A stretch of 64,000 nucleotides of DNA. Origin: Octopus bimaculoides. Its lineage: Eukaryota. Each line of letters begins with the position of its first letter. Positions within the stretch are counted from its first letter, which is position 1. The stretch covers positions 34,394,448 to 34,458,447 of the forward strand of contig NC_068998.1 of the NCBI RefSeq assembly GCF_001194135.2, written 5' to 3'. A model generated the notes under the pieces. It did no database searches, was not told the DNA's origin, and was given only the letters and a program-made list of their open reading frames with translations. Made by a program: the position numbers and the translations under genes. Shown here in pieces: positions 47,735-60,050 of the stretch.

Positions 47735-50700
47735 AAACCTTTTTAATTTAGAATTAATTTTTACCAACCACTACATAGTAGTAAGGTTGTGAAGGAAAGC
47801 ATCTTGTTTTAATCATCATCATTTGAATCTTAAGGTCTTGCAATGATAATAGGTATGAAAGTGTATCTTGGGTACTAGATGTGTAAACTCCTGATTGGTC
47901 CACAACCATTCCCTTTTTCTGGATTTTTTCTGATTACATTGGTACCCAGAGGGCAGCTGATTTCCACAACAGACATGCTTTTTTTTTTTGTAATCTCACG
48001 CAACAGTATCTACAAGACATTCTCAAACAATAATGTGATTGATGTTTGAAGTTTTGGTTTTGCGTAGCCTACATTTGTTGTCTGTCAAAGTGCTCTGTCT
48101 TTTATGCTGCAAGTACTTAGTGAGGATCTTTTGTTCTTGAGTTAACCTTCAATGTAAGATGTCATAAACTTGCTGGTACTTCATGCCAATCTTTTGATAT
48201 CATTGATTCACTATGGTTTGTGTTTTTAATGCCATGTACTTATGCATTACCTTCTCAAGGGAACTGGTCCATTTTTATAATTTTGCTGTTATCCTAGAAA
48301 GAATTTTCCAATGCTCTTATGAGAAAGATCTGTATCAGCTCTTATTTAATACCTCTCTTCAAGTTGATTAGCTATCCTAATTATTGATTCCATGGTCACG
48401 AACTTGGGCAAGGTAGGTAGTGGTTTCTCTCCTTGGCTGCAGATGTTTCAGTGTCAAAATACACACTTCGTATGACATCAATACAGACTTGAGACCACAG
48501 TCACCATCCTTGCATGGAAAGTATAGCCTGTTTAATCTCTATTGATGTTGAAGTTTCCTATAAAACTGACCAGCTTGTGAGTTTAAATATCTATCTCATT
48601 GAGTTATTGTTGTGACCAGTTCAATATACCAAACATAGGCATGAAGACAGGCACTGCGAAGGTGTTGTGGACAATATGCTTGTTGTAAGCTGAGATTTCA
48701 AATGACCAAATTTTTTTCACCCTCTTGAGTTATTCATTCCTTGTCCTCACTTGTCCAAGATATTTGTAACTTAACTTTCCCTGGAGAGCAAGGGTTGTAT
48801 TTCTAGGTCGTTTATATTTAGTATCTTGGATAAGAGTACAAGTTTGCCAGATTTTACCACCAAAAAATGCACATTTGGACTCACCAGATTTCAGACCAAT
48901 GTCTTTGGAGAATTGGGTTATGTGATCCAGTTGCTTTTTGCTGTGACTAATATTTAACCCATGCAACTTCAGGCCATTAACAAGGAAAAAGTGAGAAATG
49001 TTATTGGACCCATTCCTAGCTGCTGTGTTTAGTGATTAGGTATGACAGTGGAGTTCAGTGAAAGCACAAAGAGTAATACTGATATGCTATCACTCTGAAG
49101 GATGCCTTCTTGGTGGAGTATATATCAGATTTGTGGTGTTCCATGTCACCTTTACGAAGTAAGAGGGTGAACCAACTTTTAGTTATGTGGTGGATAGCAT
49201 CTACTTATGGTGGTGATATTTTGGTTAATTGTAGTGCTTTGATAATCCACTCACATAGTATACTACCAAAGACTTTTTGATAGTTCAGACATACCATAGT
49301 CAAGTTTTTGTGATTCTTTATTGTTCTTTCTTGTAGCATTTTGTTAATTAGTCAGAGCTCAATACACTCCCACACCTTTTTTTCCCTCAGATTGTTGCAA
49401 GGTTACAATATTGTTTGTGGTACAATGGCCTAGTAGAAACAAGTTGAGACAGTCAGTGTATAGCTTATACCTGACGTTTTGATAGGGTGATAATTTTTAG
49501 CTTTGATGGTTTGGGGAAATGAGAAGGATGATGGTTGTTCATAGCCACGTGGGTATGTTTAATAAGCCCTTGATACTCTTCCACATCAGTCTTGTTGATT
49601 CTCACTGGGATATTTTAACCAATATCCTGTAATATGATCTCTGTCTGGGAACATCCTCTTTGGTATTCTTCTCAGGACTATTTTAAGTATTGCACCATCG
49701 ATTTTGTGGAGTCTTTGTTTAACATCTTTGCAGTAACCCTCTTATAATTCATCTATCCATTCATCCTTTACATTGACTCCATCATCCCTTTCTTAAATTA
49801 ATCTCCAGTAACTTTCTACTTGTTCTCCTGTTGGGATGTTTCTTCCTGATATTGTGTTGCCTTTGTTAAAACTACAGCAGACTCATTTGAGATCTCAAGC
49901 AAACAATCTATTCTGTGTTTACAATTTGTACACTAAAGATTTGTATTTTAATTTCTCAGTTGTCACTGTTTGCTCGTGTTTCAACTGGTGATGTTTTGGA
50001 TTTAAGGTTTTGGATTTTGAATTTCCAAATCTTTTAACTATTTTTGATAGTTCAAATTTGTTGATCATGTTGCACTTGATAACTACAATAATCTGCAAGA
50101 TAGTTTTACAAAGAAACAGATTTTTATTTTTGAAGTGTGAGTCCAGCCTGGCTCTGAATGTTTACTTTTGTCTTTATTGGGCAGCTCCAGCTCCTTCTGG
50201 TAAGTGAGTAATATGCTAGGCTAGCGGACACATATATCAAATGATTTATTGTTTTGTGTGTGGGTTCAGATACAGTAGTCATTAGATAGCTTCCTACTGT
50301 TTCTTTTGTTACCCCCAGTTCTTATTCTTTTTATGTTCATTCTAAAAGGTCTGTCTTTTAAGTTAATGTTCTGAACCTGCTGCAGCATATCTTCCCAAAC
50401 CACTTTGAGAGAAGTAAAAAGATTTTGATATTCCTCTGTTTGCTTGAGAAAGTTATCATTTGGCTGCAATTGTTTTCAAGCAGGTCACCTGTTTTGTAGT
50501 GACTGTACACCACTGTTAGGATTGATGGGGTTGTTGTTGTTGTTGTTGGATATATTCTCCGAATGTAGAGAGAAACAGGTTGATTACTACTACTGTCCAA
50601 CCTAACTTTGCTACTGAGTCAATGGTTTTGTTGTTGTAGGATGTTGTTTTCTTGGGTAGTTTTGCCAAGTGATGTTTCAGCTTTGTATATTAGTTTTCAT

Positions 50701-50950
50701 TTCATTATGTGTTTTGCTTGTTCATTTAAATAGTTTGCATCTACATCTAATTCTGGATGTTTGATGTCCCACAAACTTTTTAATCCTTTCATAAATCCAA
50801 AGCGTTGGGGTTCAGACGGAATGTATACTTCATGTAATTGTTTGTTCAGTTCATGAACTCATTGTAAATTGAGAGTATAGTCATGATTAGGGTGAAGGAG
50901 ACTAATGTATTCAGCCATGATGACTTCTGTCTTTTCACTTTCAATTTATA
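47735..50950 (-). mobile_element. Near-full-length but decayed R4/Dong-like RLE non-LTR retrotransposon
   Basis: N-term MAEYISLLHP...GFMKGLKSLWDIKHPEL; RT motifs NLTMVCLNYQKVFGS (DYxKAFDS), GILQxDSISVLLFVLSL (QGDxLS), NISHFFLVNGLKLH (YxDD decayed), FSKDIGLKSGESKCA, YKYLGQ; zinc knuckle DNKCRLRK..NINHII; RLE SVVEISCPLGT; many stops and frameshifts. Confidence 0.9.
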
Positions 50951-51504
50951 TTTCATATTAAATGAGATGATGTTGCTCTTTAAAAGTTCTGACAAACTTT
51001 TATTATGATTAAATTTTAAAATTATTCACATCTTGGATTTTTTTTTTTTTTTTCTGTTCAAATTATTTCATTTCTACAATTGTATTGAAGTGAACATAAT
51101 AGAATTTTGACAATGCAGCACATGGGTATTTTTCATCAGAAGATTGCTCAGCTAGNNNNNNNNNNAGTATATATTTAAATTATGTCAGAAAAATGTTAGA
51201 AAAATGTTATAAAATCTTTTTGGTATATAAACATTGTATTTTGAGAAATAACCAGTTTCGTGTTGTCTTTTCAAATTTCTCTACTTCATTGTAATGTGTT
51301 CGCTCCAGTCTGATATATATATATATGTATGCTGATGTGTATACACTTAAACAGAAATACTCATATGCAGTCTTACCTGCATTCTGTAGCTCAGCTTTCC
51401 CGTGATATGGTGTTGCCCTTATATAAGTATTTATTACTAGTGTTCGAACATTGGGCTGACTACTAGGGTCACCATGTTATGTATGCATGCATGTATCTTT
51501 TATC

Positions 51505-51730
51505 ATTTGTCTTTTACTTGTTTCAGTCATTAGACTGTGGCCATGCTAGAGCACCACCTGCAGAAATTTCAGTCAAACAAATCAACCCTAGAATATATAT
51601 ATCTTTTAATTTGAAAACTTCTTATTCTATCAGTATCTTTTGCTGAACTGTTAAGCAGAGATGTAAACACATCAAGACCAACTGTCAAGTAGTTGTGGTG
51701 GGCAAACAAAGATACAAAGACACACACACA
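51505..51730 (-). mobile_element. Composite SINE tail followed by a very long TA/TG array (to about 52170)
   Basis: Reverse complement of the SINE tail; compound microsatellite follows. Confidence 0.8.
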
Positions 51731-51991
51731 CACAGATACGACCATATATATATTACCATCATACAAATATATATATATGTATGTATAAATATGTATATAT
51801 ATATTTTATATATATATATATATACATATGTATGTGTGTGTGTGTATATATATATATATGCATGTATTTATGTTTATATACATATATGTATGTGTGTGTG
51901 TATGTATATATGTATATACATGTATGTTAATATATATGTGTGTGAGTGGGTGGGTATGTATGTATGCATATATATATATATGTATATGTAT

Positions 51992-52066
<75 letters not shown>

Positions 52067-52137
52067 TGTGCATTTGTGTGTACGTATGTATGTTTATATA
52101 TATATATGCACATATGTATGTGTGTGTGTGTGTGTGC

Positions 52138-52168
<31 letters not shown>

Positions 52169-52399
52169 TTCTTTCTCTCTTTCTTTCTCTTGCTCTAACT
52201 CTCACTCACTCTCTCTCTTTCTTTCTTTCTCTCCCTCTCTCACTTTATAAACATACAAAACAGCAAAGATCAAAAGAATTGTGTATGTGTATTTTCAGCA
52301 TGCCCTTACAGATCTTGGAAAGCATTCAATGAGGGATTTCAATATCAAAAAAACCTTTTTCTCAATAGACTTTGCATGTAAAAAACACATTAAGTCGAT

Positions 52400-53720
52400 A
52401 GTGTATCAGACATGATGTTTCATCATGAGTTTGCATGATCAGTGGCAGATAGACCAAACCAGCACAGTCTTCTTTCTTGCACACATCTGATGCCTCTTGT
52501 ACACAGTTTTCCTCTTGAATCATTTACACTCTATCACATATGCACACTGACATTATCCATCCAGCAGAGCATGCTAGTTTCATCTCTCTCAAGCCTTTGC
52601 AAGGCCTCTGTAGTCAAAGCTCATGTTTCATTGCCATGTTACACAGCTGTACGTACATAAGTATCATATAACCTGCCTTTCACTCTGAGGCAGAGGCCCT
52701 CAGTTAGCAACAAAGTTGAATTTTGCCCAGCCTGTTCTTATCCTAGCAACTACGCTTCCAGAACTCCCTCCACCACTGCTAACTTGGTCCCCTAGATAAC
52801 AGAAGCTATCTACTACTAATGATTCACCTGTGCATTTGAGGGAGCCTATTGTGTGCCTAGTTTTAATGCTTATTGTACCTGTACATTTTCTACATACAAA
52901 GACTATATTCTCCATTAACCTTCCTTGGGACACATCTTATGTGTCCAAAGCTTGCACAGGGTACTACGTATGGATCTTCTACCAAAATCTTCTTACATAG
53001 CAAGCAGAGCCATCTCAGGGACTTGTGGTTTGTCTGTTTTCTTAGTTACTAGGACTTTGGTTTTTGCTAAATTAATCCTAAGGACCTTATATTCCAACCT
53101 TGTTTCTACACCTGAAATTTCTTCTCTAGGTTAGCTAGTGGTTCAGCTATACGAACAAGGTCATCAGTATAAAGGAGCTCCCAGAGATAGCTGGTCTTAA
53201 ATTTCTCTGTTAAGGCCTGGAGGACTAAAATAAACAGGAGAGGGTTGAGAAATGATCCTTGGTGGACTCCTATCAAATTCATTGCTATACTCATTGCCAA
53301 CCTTCACTTTCTTGTACATGGCTTGTACTACTCTCACTAACCACTCATTTATCCCTAGCTTCCACATTGGCCACCAGATAAGGGAGCAAGGGACACTGTC
53401 AAAGGCTTTCTTTATATCAACGAAAGCCAGGTACAGATGTTTAGTTTTGGCTAAATATTTCTCTTACAGTTACCTAACCAGGAATATGGCATCTGTCATG
53501 CTCCTGCCTAGCACAAATCTGAATTGCACTTCGTCTATACTAACTCTCTTCCTAATTAATTAAGTTATGACCCTTTCTGTGGTTTTCATCAACTGGTCCA
53601 ACAATTTAATGCCTCTGTAATTATTTCTGTCTAAGGCATCATCTTTGCCTTTGTAGCAGTTGACTATAATGCTGCAACTCCAATCATTGGGCATGACTCA
53701 CTTGTGGACAACCTGATAGT
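52400..53720 (-). mobile_element. RTE-clade LINE RT (5'-truncated), same family as 12940-13660
   Basis: GVHQGSFLNPLLFILVLQALTEKF...WELLYTDDLV (QG and YADD motifs); FVCRKCTG...VDSFCYLGDQVSSGGG...VVARIRTGWAKF. Confidence 0.92.
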
Positions 53721-53724
53721 TATA

Positions 53725-54612
53725 AAACTATCAATAAAATATAATCACATTACAAATATGATTTCTTATCCAGAAAATTTTATTCTGATCATAATGAACA
53801 GCATGTAAGACTTCTATTGCATTCAGAAGATAGATCTCCAAAGGTTTGTAAGATTTATAGAAAATGAATGGAAGGAAAATACTGCTAAAGAAATAAAGAG
53901 ACACAAAACTAGCATATATTATTGAGCTAAGATATTTCGAAGGCTTAAGGAGGTATTGCTTCAACTTCAAGGGAAATTCATAACATTGATTGATGATAAA
54001 ACAGAATTAAAAGCATTTACTGAAATATAGGAAATATTTCAAGCAAATTTACTTGAAAAAAAATATTTCGCAATATGCCTCAGCTAGCAGAAATTTGTTC
54101 TTCATTTAACAAAATGGATCTTGAAACACATTGTGGATATTTATTATCATAAAAAAGAATTTAACATAAAAAATAGATCCTTTGATTTATTTTCCTTTGA
54201 AGTAAAATCCCAAATGATAGATCCATTTAAATGTGATGTTGTACAGCTGACAAATAAATTCAAGAAGAATTAATTGAATTACAATGCAAGGCTAACTCAA
54301 AATACTTGTATGATGAAATAGGAATGACTGAATTCTTTTCATTAAAAGTCTATACAACACTTTATCCAAAATAGTCAAAATAATTGTCATTTCCATACAC
54401 ATGTGGTTGGAATTAGATTGAGTTCAGTGAATGAATAACTAAAGAAAGGAACAAATATATTAGACGTATGCAAAAGGAGTGATGTAAGAATAAAGCTCAA
54501 TGACACTGGATTTGAACATTGAACTGAGTATTGTATATTTTGTAGAAAAATACCAACTTCAAAGATTTCATTAATATAATAGTAAATTTAAACTTTCATT
54601 TATTTTAGTGTA

Positions 54613-54645
<33 letters not shown>

Positions 54646-54729
54646 ATGCATGTGTAGGGGTGTTTTGAAAACAGAGTGGGCAAAAGCATTTGCAAGGGGA
54701 TGATGTTTAAAATGGTTTGAGGACCACTG
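53725..54729 (+). mobile_element. hAT (Charlie/ZBED8-like) transposase 3' relic with right TIR
   Basis: HVRLLLHSEDR (catalytic RW region), LKEVLLQLQGK, IQEELIELQC; terminus gtttgaggaccactg (reverse complement CAGTGGTCCTCAAAC). Confidence 0.8.
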
Positions 54730-55499
54730 CTGCAGAATAACTCACACAGCTCAACATTATAACAGAACTGACACATTAAATATTCTACTAAAATACTTCC
54801 CACAGATCAGACAGCAATAAAATCGACCACATCATATAACTGATTCTATCTCATTAGTACTTTATATTTCTATTGTCCATGTTAAAAGTGATCTGTAATG
54901 TAAAGCTTAAATCACTGCAAGAATGATAACACCATATATATAGATAAGTCATAGTCTTTTTACTCAAGTAGAGGCTGTTGCAAACTATAGGGTGTTGAAG
55001 AAAAATCTTCTATATTTTACACAGACACCAGTGAAGTTAGGCACAGGTGGTACAGGTGATAATGGTGTCTTCAAGTATCTGATATTTAAAAAAAATTATT
55101 TTAGTTTTCATCATAGTTTTGAGTTTTGATGGATGCACATTGTGTATTTACTGTTGAAATGTTCATCAGAAATGGTGAATCTGAGAGGTTTTTGCTTTGT
55201 CCTGTACATGTAACTTAATTATAAGACCTTCATTTGGGTTTGAGACTTGCAGAGTATGCTAAAACATGCACATATACACAGATACACATATTTCCATCTG
55301 CAAATGATTGAGTATTGGCATTGTAAGCAAATATAGATTAATGTCATATTTGTGGAAAATTTGATTTTGTAACAAAACAAAGAAGTCTGTAATGATAGAC
55401 TTGTAACATCGCTCATATCTATCTAAACTTTTCACTTGCTTATGCACAGATTTGTTGATAGAAGTACTGGAAAAAGTAATTGTATTTCTGATGGAAAAG

Positions 55500-55920
55500 A
55501 GGGACTAGAAACTAAACCATCAGCACTAACAGTAAAAGTTCAAGTTGTGAAGCTGGTTCTATATTGTGTGTTTGTATTTAATATGCTGAAGAACATAAAA
55601 GCCATAGTGCAATGAGAGAGTTTAATGTGGAGTTAAAATTAGTGAGAGACGAGGAGAAACAAAAGGAAACGCTCCAGAAAAAAAAAACAGATTATTTCTT
55701 GTAATGGGAATTTGGGAAAATATTTATATACTTAGGCATGTGAATTATATACAAATAGACTCTTATTGCTTTTGGAGCAAAAGCTAACAGAGAGCTTACA
55801 ACTATAGATGGATAGCTTACAGTCTGCTATGGATGCAAGTTTCATGTTTCAGTTGGATGCCAAATATGATTTGTGAAGAGAAATGAGCTGACATTAAGTC
55901 AGAAAACCAATAATGGAGCC
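55500..55920 (+). mobile_element. pogo/Tigger-like transposase 5' relic
   Basis: YAEEHKSHSAMREFNVELKLVRDxRKQKETL resembles the Brinker-like DNA-binding domain of POGK-type transposases; CENP-B-like relic follows. Confidence 0.55.
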
Positions 55921-57239
55921 TTTGTGTGAATATCATGATTATATTATTAATAAAGTTCATTAAATTTTATTCATGAATGTTTATTTCATTCTAACACAGT
56001 TTCATGAATTTAATAAAATGTATTTGAACAGAAGCATTTGATTATAAAAATGTTTGAAAGAACAGCTGTAATTCTACATGTTTACCAATTAAAAGTGGAA
56101 AGGGTTTTTTCATAATGTTGAAAGGTCACAAACCTGCTTCTGCCCTCTCTATCTTATATTAACCTCTTAACACTTTGCATGAAGCCATCACCTTCTTTAT
56201 TGTTCTCTCTCTCAGCTATGGAGGATCTTTTGTTTTGCTAGTTATATGGTGGCCTCACTAATGTGATACCATGAAAAAAGCATCCAGTACACTTTATCAA
56301 GTGGTTGGCAATTATTACAAATCAAAGCACTTCATTTTCAAAATGCCAGGTCATATTGTACATGAGAAATAATTTTCCTGGGATTTTATTGTCCAAAGTT
56401 ATATCTGTGTGTGTATTGTACTCAAATAAGAGAGAATGTATCAAATGGATTGATAATTCACAGATCCATATGTACTTAATGTAACTCAAGCAGAATTGAT
56501 ATGTTGCCGTCTATAACAAGACAGGCCTTTTGAAATATAGGTGCAGTTTATTTGATAGGATTCCATACAGTTTCTATTCACAAAACTTGAGGGTGACCCA
56601 AGATGATGGTAAAATAAGCTAGTCTAACATGTCATGAAGCAGAGCCCATATCAAAAGTTTTCTCTCTTGTATAATCCATTTTATATCCAATATTTTTTTC
56701 AGTATGTATACATGTTTGAGTGTGTGCATGTGTGTATGTATAGACACAAACAACCTCTGTGCCCCACTCCCCCCATACAGAATCATCATCACTTTTTACT
56801 TCTCCTTTATATGCTGAGTAGATCTGGGTGAGTTGTCACTGTCAGAGACAGTTTGCATTTGTAGTTACTGCTCCCCTAGATGGATCATGCAATCCACTTT
56901 TTGCTATCTGTGGGTAGCTGCCTTTCTTATTACCAACCACTTTACAGGGTGTTTAGGGTACGGTTTTTCAAAGCATCAACACAAATGAGACTGCTTTCTA
57001 CCCTGTAAAACAAAAATGCCCTCATTACAGTAAGCTATGTAATGTAAACAAGAGGGTGAATGACAGGTATAGATAATTGGAGAAGCTAGGATGCACATGT
57101 GTAGTGAATAAGATATAATGAAACAGGATAGAAATAAAGAGGAGTAAAGAAGTAGGATAGAAGAAGAAGAGGAAGGTTAACAATTAAGTTAATGATTGAG
57201 TGTATTGAATTCGAGTGAGGGATAGGGCTTTGATTAGAA

Positions 57240-58105
57240 GTTAGTTAAGTGCCATTCCTTATTAGTTGACCCCATTAGAGGAGAGCATGTGAATGTTAGG
57301 GAAATGTCGGGCTGCTAGGTCCAATGACCTCTGTACACTGACAGCATGATACATGCGAGAGGAGTGATTAACTGTTAGGCAGAACAGTGAATAGAGACAG
57401 TGAGTAATAGAGACAGTGAGTAATAGAGACAGTGAGTAATAGAGACAGTGAGTAATAGAGACAGTGAGTAATAGAGACAGTGAGTAATAGAGACATAGCA
57501 GAAAGATGAGAAAATATGAAGATGTTTGGCAGTTGTCAGATGTGGACTCAATTGGGACACAGAGTCTATTTATTCCACCTTCCATCAGTACCACTTTTTA
57601 AAGATTTGATTCAACATACTTGCTCAGCAAGACAGATGTTCTCCAGTACAGCATGTTACCAATTATCACACTCTCTTTTGTCATCTCCTTCTATGAAGCT
57701 CAACATCCTGATATCACTTTCTGCGTTGGTTTTGATAGATCCCAACCTCTTTGAGCTCAGTTCACTTTTTCATACTGCTTTTTCATCCATCATACTTATC
57801 ACATACCCATACGAGGGCAGTATTCTTTCTTGTGTATTACATCTGAATCCTCTTACAAGCAACTTTTTCTTCAGCTCTTCTAATTCATTTCATATGTACA
57901 TTCTAGTTTTTCCTATTATCTCTCTATCTGCTAGTCACTCTCTTGGTCATGTTGCACAAATGGACATTACATACCACATTGTATGTGAGGACTCTTCTGT
58001 CTTATGGCATACTGACTTCATTTCTTTCTAGACTACACAAATTCTCTGCATTCAGAGTTCACATCCCACTATCATGCAATCTGTATACAAGCATTGGTAA
58101 TAGAC
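57240..58105 (-). mobile_element. RTE-like LINE 3' fragment with 3' UTR
   Basis: LNAENLCSLERNEVSM...WYVMSI/CNVH...ERILxSYGYVISMMDE resembles the RTE C-terminal LERNE.SM.RWMC...L.WYGHV block. Confidence 0.6.
57391..57495. repeat. Perfect 16-bp minisatellite (atagagacagtgagta) x6.5
   Basis: Read directly from the sequence. Confidence 0.97.
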
Positions 58106-58134
58106 CTATGAATTTCTTCCAGCCAATATATATA

Positions 58135-58390
58135 TACCTTTTGTCTTTTACTTGTTTAAATCACGAGACTGCGGCCATGCTGGGGCACCATCTAACATAA
58201 TTTTTGGTCAAATGAATTGACCTCAGTACTTCTGTTTTCTTTTAAACCTGGTACTAATTCTATCATTCTCTTTTGCTGAACCTTTAAGTTATGGAGATGT
58301 AAACACACGAACATTGGTTATCATATGGTGGTGAGAAATAAACACAAACACAGACACACAAATACGCATGCACACACACACAACCACACA
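58135..58390 (-). mobile_element. Composite SINE tail
   Basis: Reverse complement of the SINE tail, ending at a CA tract. Confidence 0.8.
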
Positions 58391-58955
58391 CACTCATACC
58401 ACCATCATCATCATTATCCTCAATATATGTATGAATGAATGTTGTGTATATGTATATATACATCTATATTATAATGGAGAAAGCTGCTTACTAATTAGGT
58501 ATATAACAGTTACTAAAAGAAAGCAATTATTAAAGACTTGACCATCTGGAAATTTTTTTGTAAATTCGTATTCCAAGAAATTTCCTGTAATTTTGATTTC
58601 TGAAGATTATGGAATATTTGAACTACGTAGCATTCACTGCCAAGTAGATTTAATAAACAATATTAATTTGTCACAGGCGAAATTTTCTATATTCATTTGC
58701 AACAGTCCCTCACTCTCTCTCTCACTTCTATTTTCATTCATGATAATTTGATATATATTGATTTCAATGTTTTCAGTTCAGGTTTTAATTTTCTATTTGC
58801 AAAACCCACAGTTTATTCTATATACATAATGTAAAAAGATTATTTATTGAATAAATGAATGCTATAAGACAAAGAAGCTGTATAACTTTGTGACTTATTT
58901 TTGATAAAATGAAATTTTTTAATATACCAGTATAATTTTTTTTATTTAAATTAAG

Positions 58956-59113
58956 AAGTGATTTTGTTGATATGGCTGTTTGGAATGCTGTAAGCCTTGC
59001 AATAATAACTATGTGATCGCTACTATTTTTAGCAAGCTAAACCTTGAAGTTTGTTTAAATTACAGAGATATTACAACTCTGATAAATTACTGAAAGAAAT
59101 ATTTACTAAGCAA
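58956..59113 (+). CDS. Candidate two-exon piece (58956-58989 and 59066-59113): SDFVDMAVWNA|RYYNSDKLLKEIFTKQ
   Basis: Acceptor tttttttatttaaattaag|, donor GCT|gtaagc, 76-nt intron with gctaaac branch-like motif, acceptor ttgtttaaattacag|, donor CAA|gtgaga; in frame. Protein not recognised. Confidence 0.35.
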
Positions 59114-59294
59114 GTGAGATTTTTTATAAATTGAAGTTTACAGGAAAATTTACGTTATGAACTTCCTTTTATTATTGAATATATCAAGTTCACAAATTTA
59201 AATATTTTGTACAAGATAGTTTTTAACGAGCTTTTATTTATACAAACTTTTCATTTCATGTTTATTTAATTCATTGTTTGCAATGTTCTCTCTG

Positions 59295-59360
<66 letters not shown>

Positions 59361-59619
59361 GTCTCTGTAATATAAACACTCATACCCTCCAGGTTTGACT
59401 AGCAGAAAATCATGCAGAGGGCTGTCTTTCTGCTAGTGTATATAATATGTGTGTGTGTGTGTGTGTGTGCGGAGAGAGAGAGAGATAGAGAGAGAGAAAA
59501 TGAGAAGAGAAAGGGTGAGCGAGGTCAAATAATGGAGGAAAGCAATAAAATTGAGGAGGTGAAGGAGTACACATGCATGAGACAAGCAGTAAAAACATGT
59601 GAGAGGAATAGAAATGGAA

Positions 59620-60050
59620 ATCCCACTAAGTGTAAGATCAGAGTGGAAAGCATTTGCTGCAGTAATGACTGGACAAGGCTCTTCTACCCAATCTTTTCAA
59701 TAACACCAACCTACTGGAGCTTTTTATACACAAATGATACAGTGACTGGCTTTGAGAGAGAGGGCCTTAGAAAGACCCTTGCTAAGAATTCAGGAATAAA
59801 GTGAGTGGAGTGAATGATGTAATCACAGAATACCAAAAGATGGGCCGGACAAGTTACAAAACTCATTAATCCATATGGTTTGATCCATACAATTGTTGAG
59901 TGGTATCCAAGAAATTGAGAAAGACTACCCACAAGATGTCCAAGACAACGGGAGGATGACTATGTCACACAATTCATGTACAAAAATTAAAGAGAAGGGC
60001 ATGATCAATAACAGAATAGAACTGCATTGAGACCAACGATGTATAAGAAC
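59620..60050 (+). mobile_element. RTE-1-like LINE C-terminal relic
   Basis: KSGVNDVITEY.K.WAGQV...TIVEWYPRN*ERLPTRCPRQREDD resembles the W.GHV.R...EW.PR..KR..GRP..RW.D block. Confidence 0.6.

Noticed and set aside
51371-51430. Minus-strand TATA-like box followed by ATGCAG|gtaag (possible first exon)
   Set aside because: Single short motif; flanking sequence weakly resembles 63840-63900, suggesting a repeat; no linked exon.
51695-52332. 128-167 aa ORFs rich in Y/I/C/V/H/T (and many similar ones elsewhere)
   Set aside because: Translations of TA/TG/CA microsatellites, which lack stop codons in some frames.
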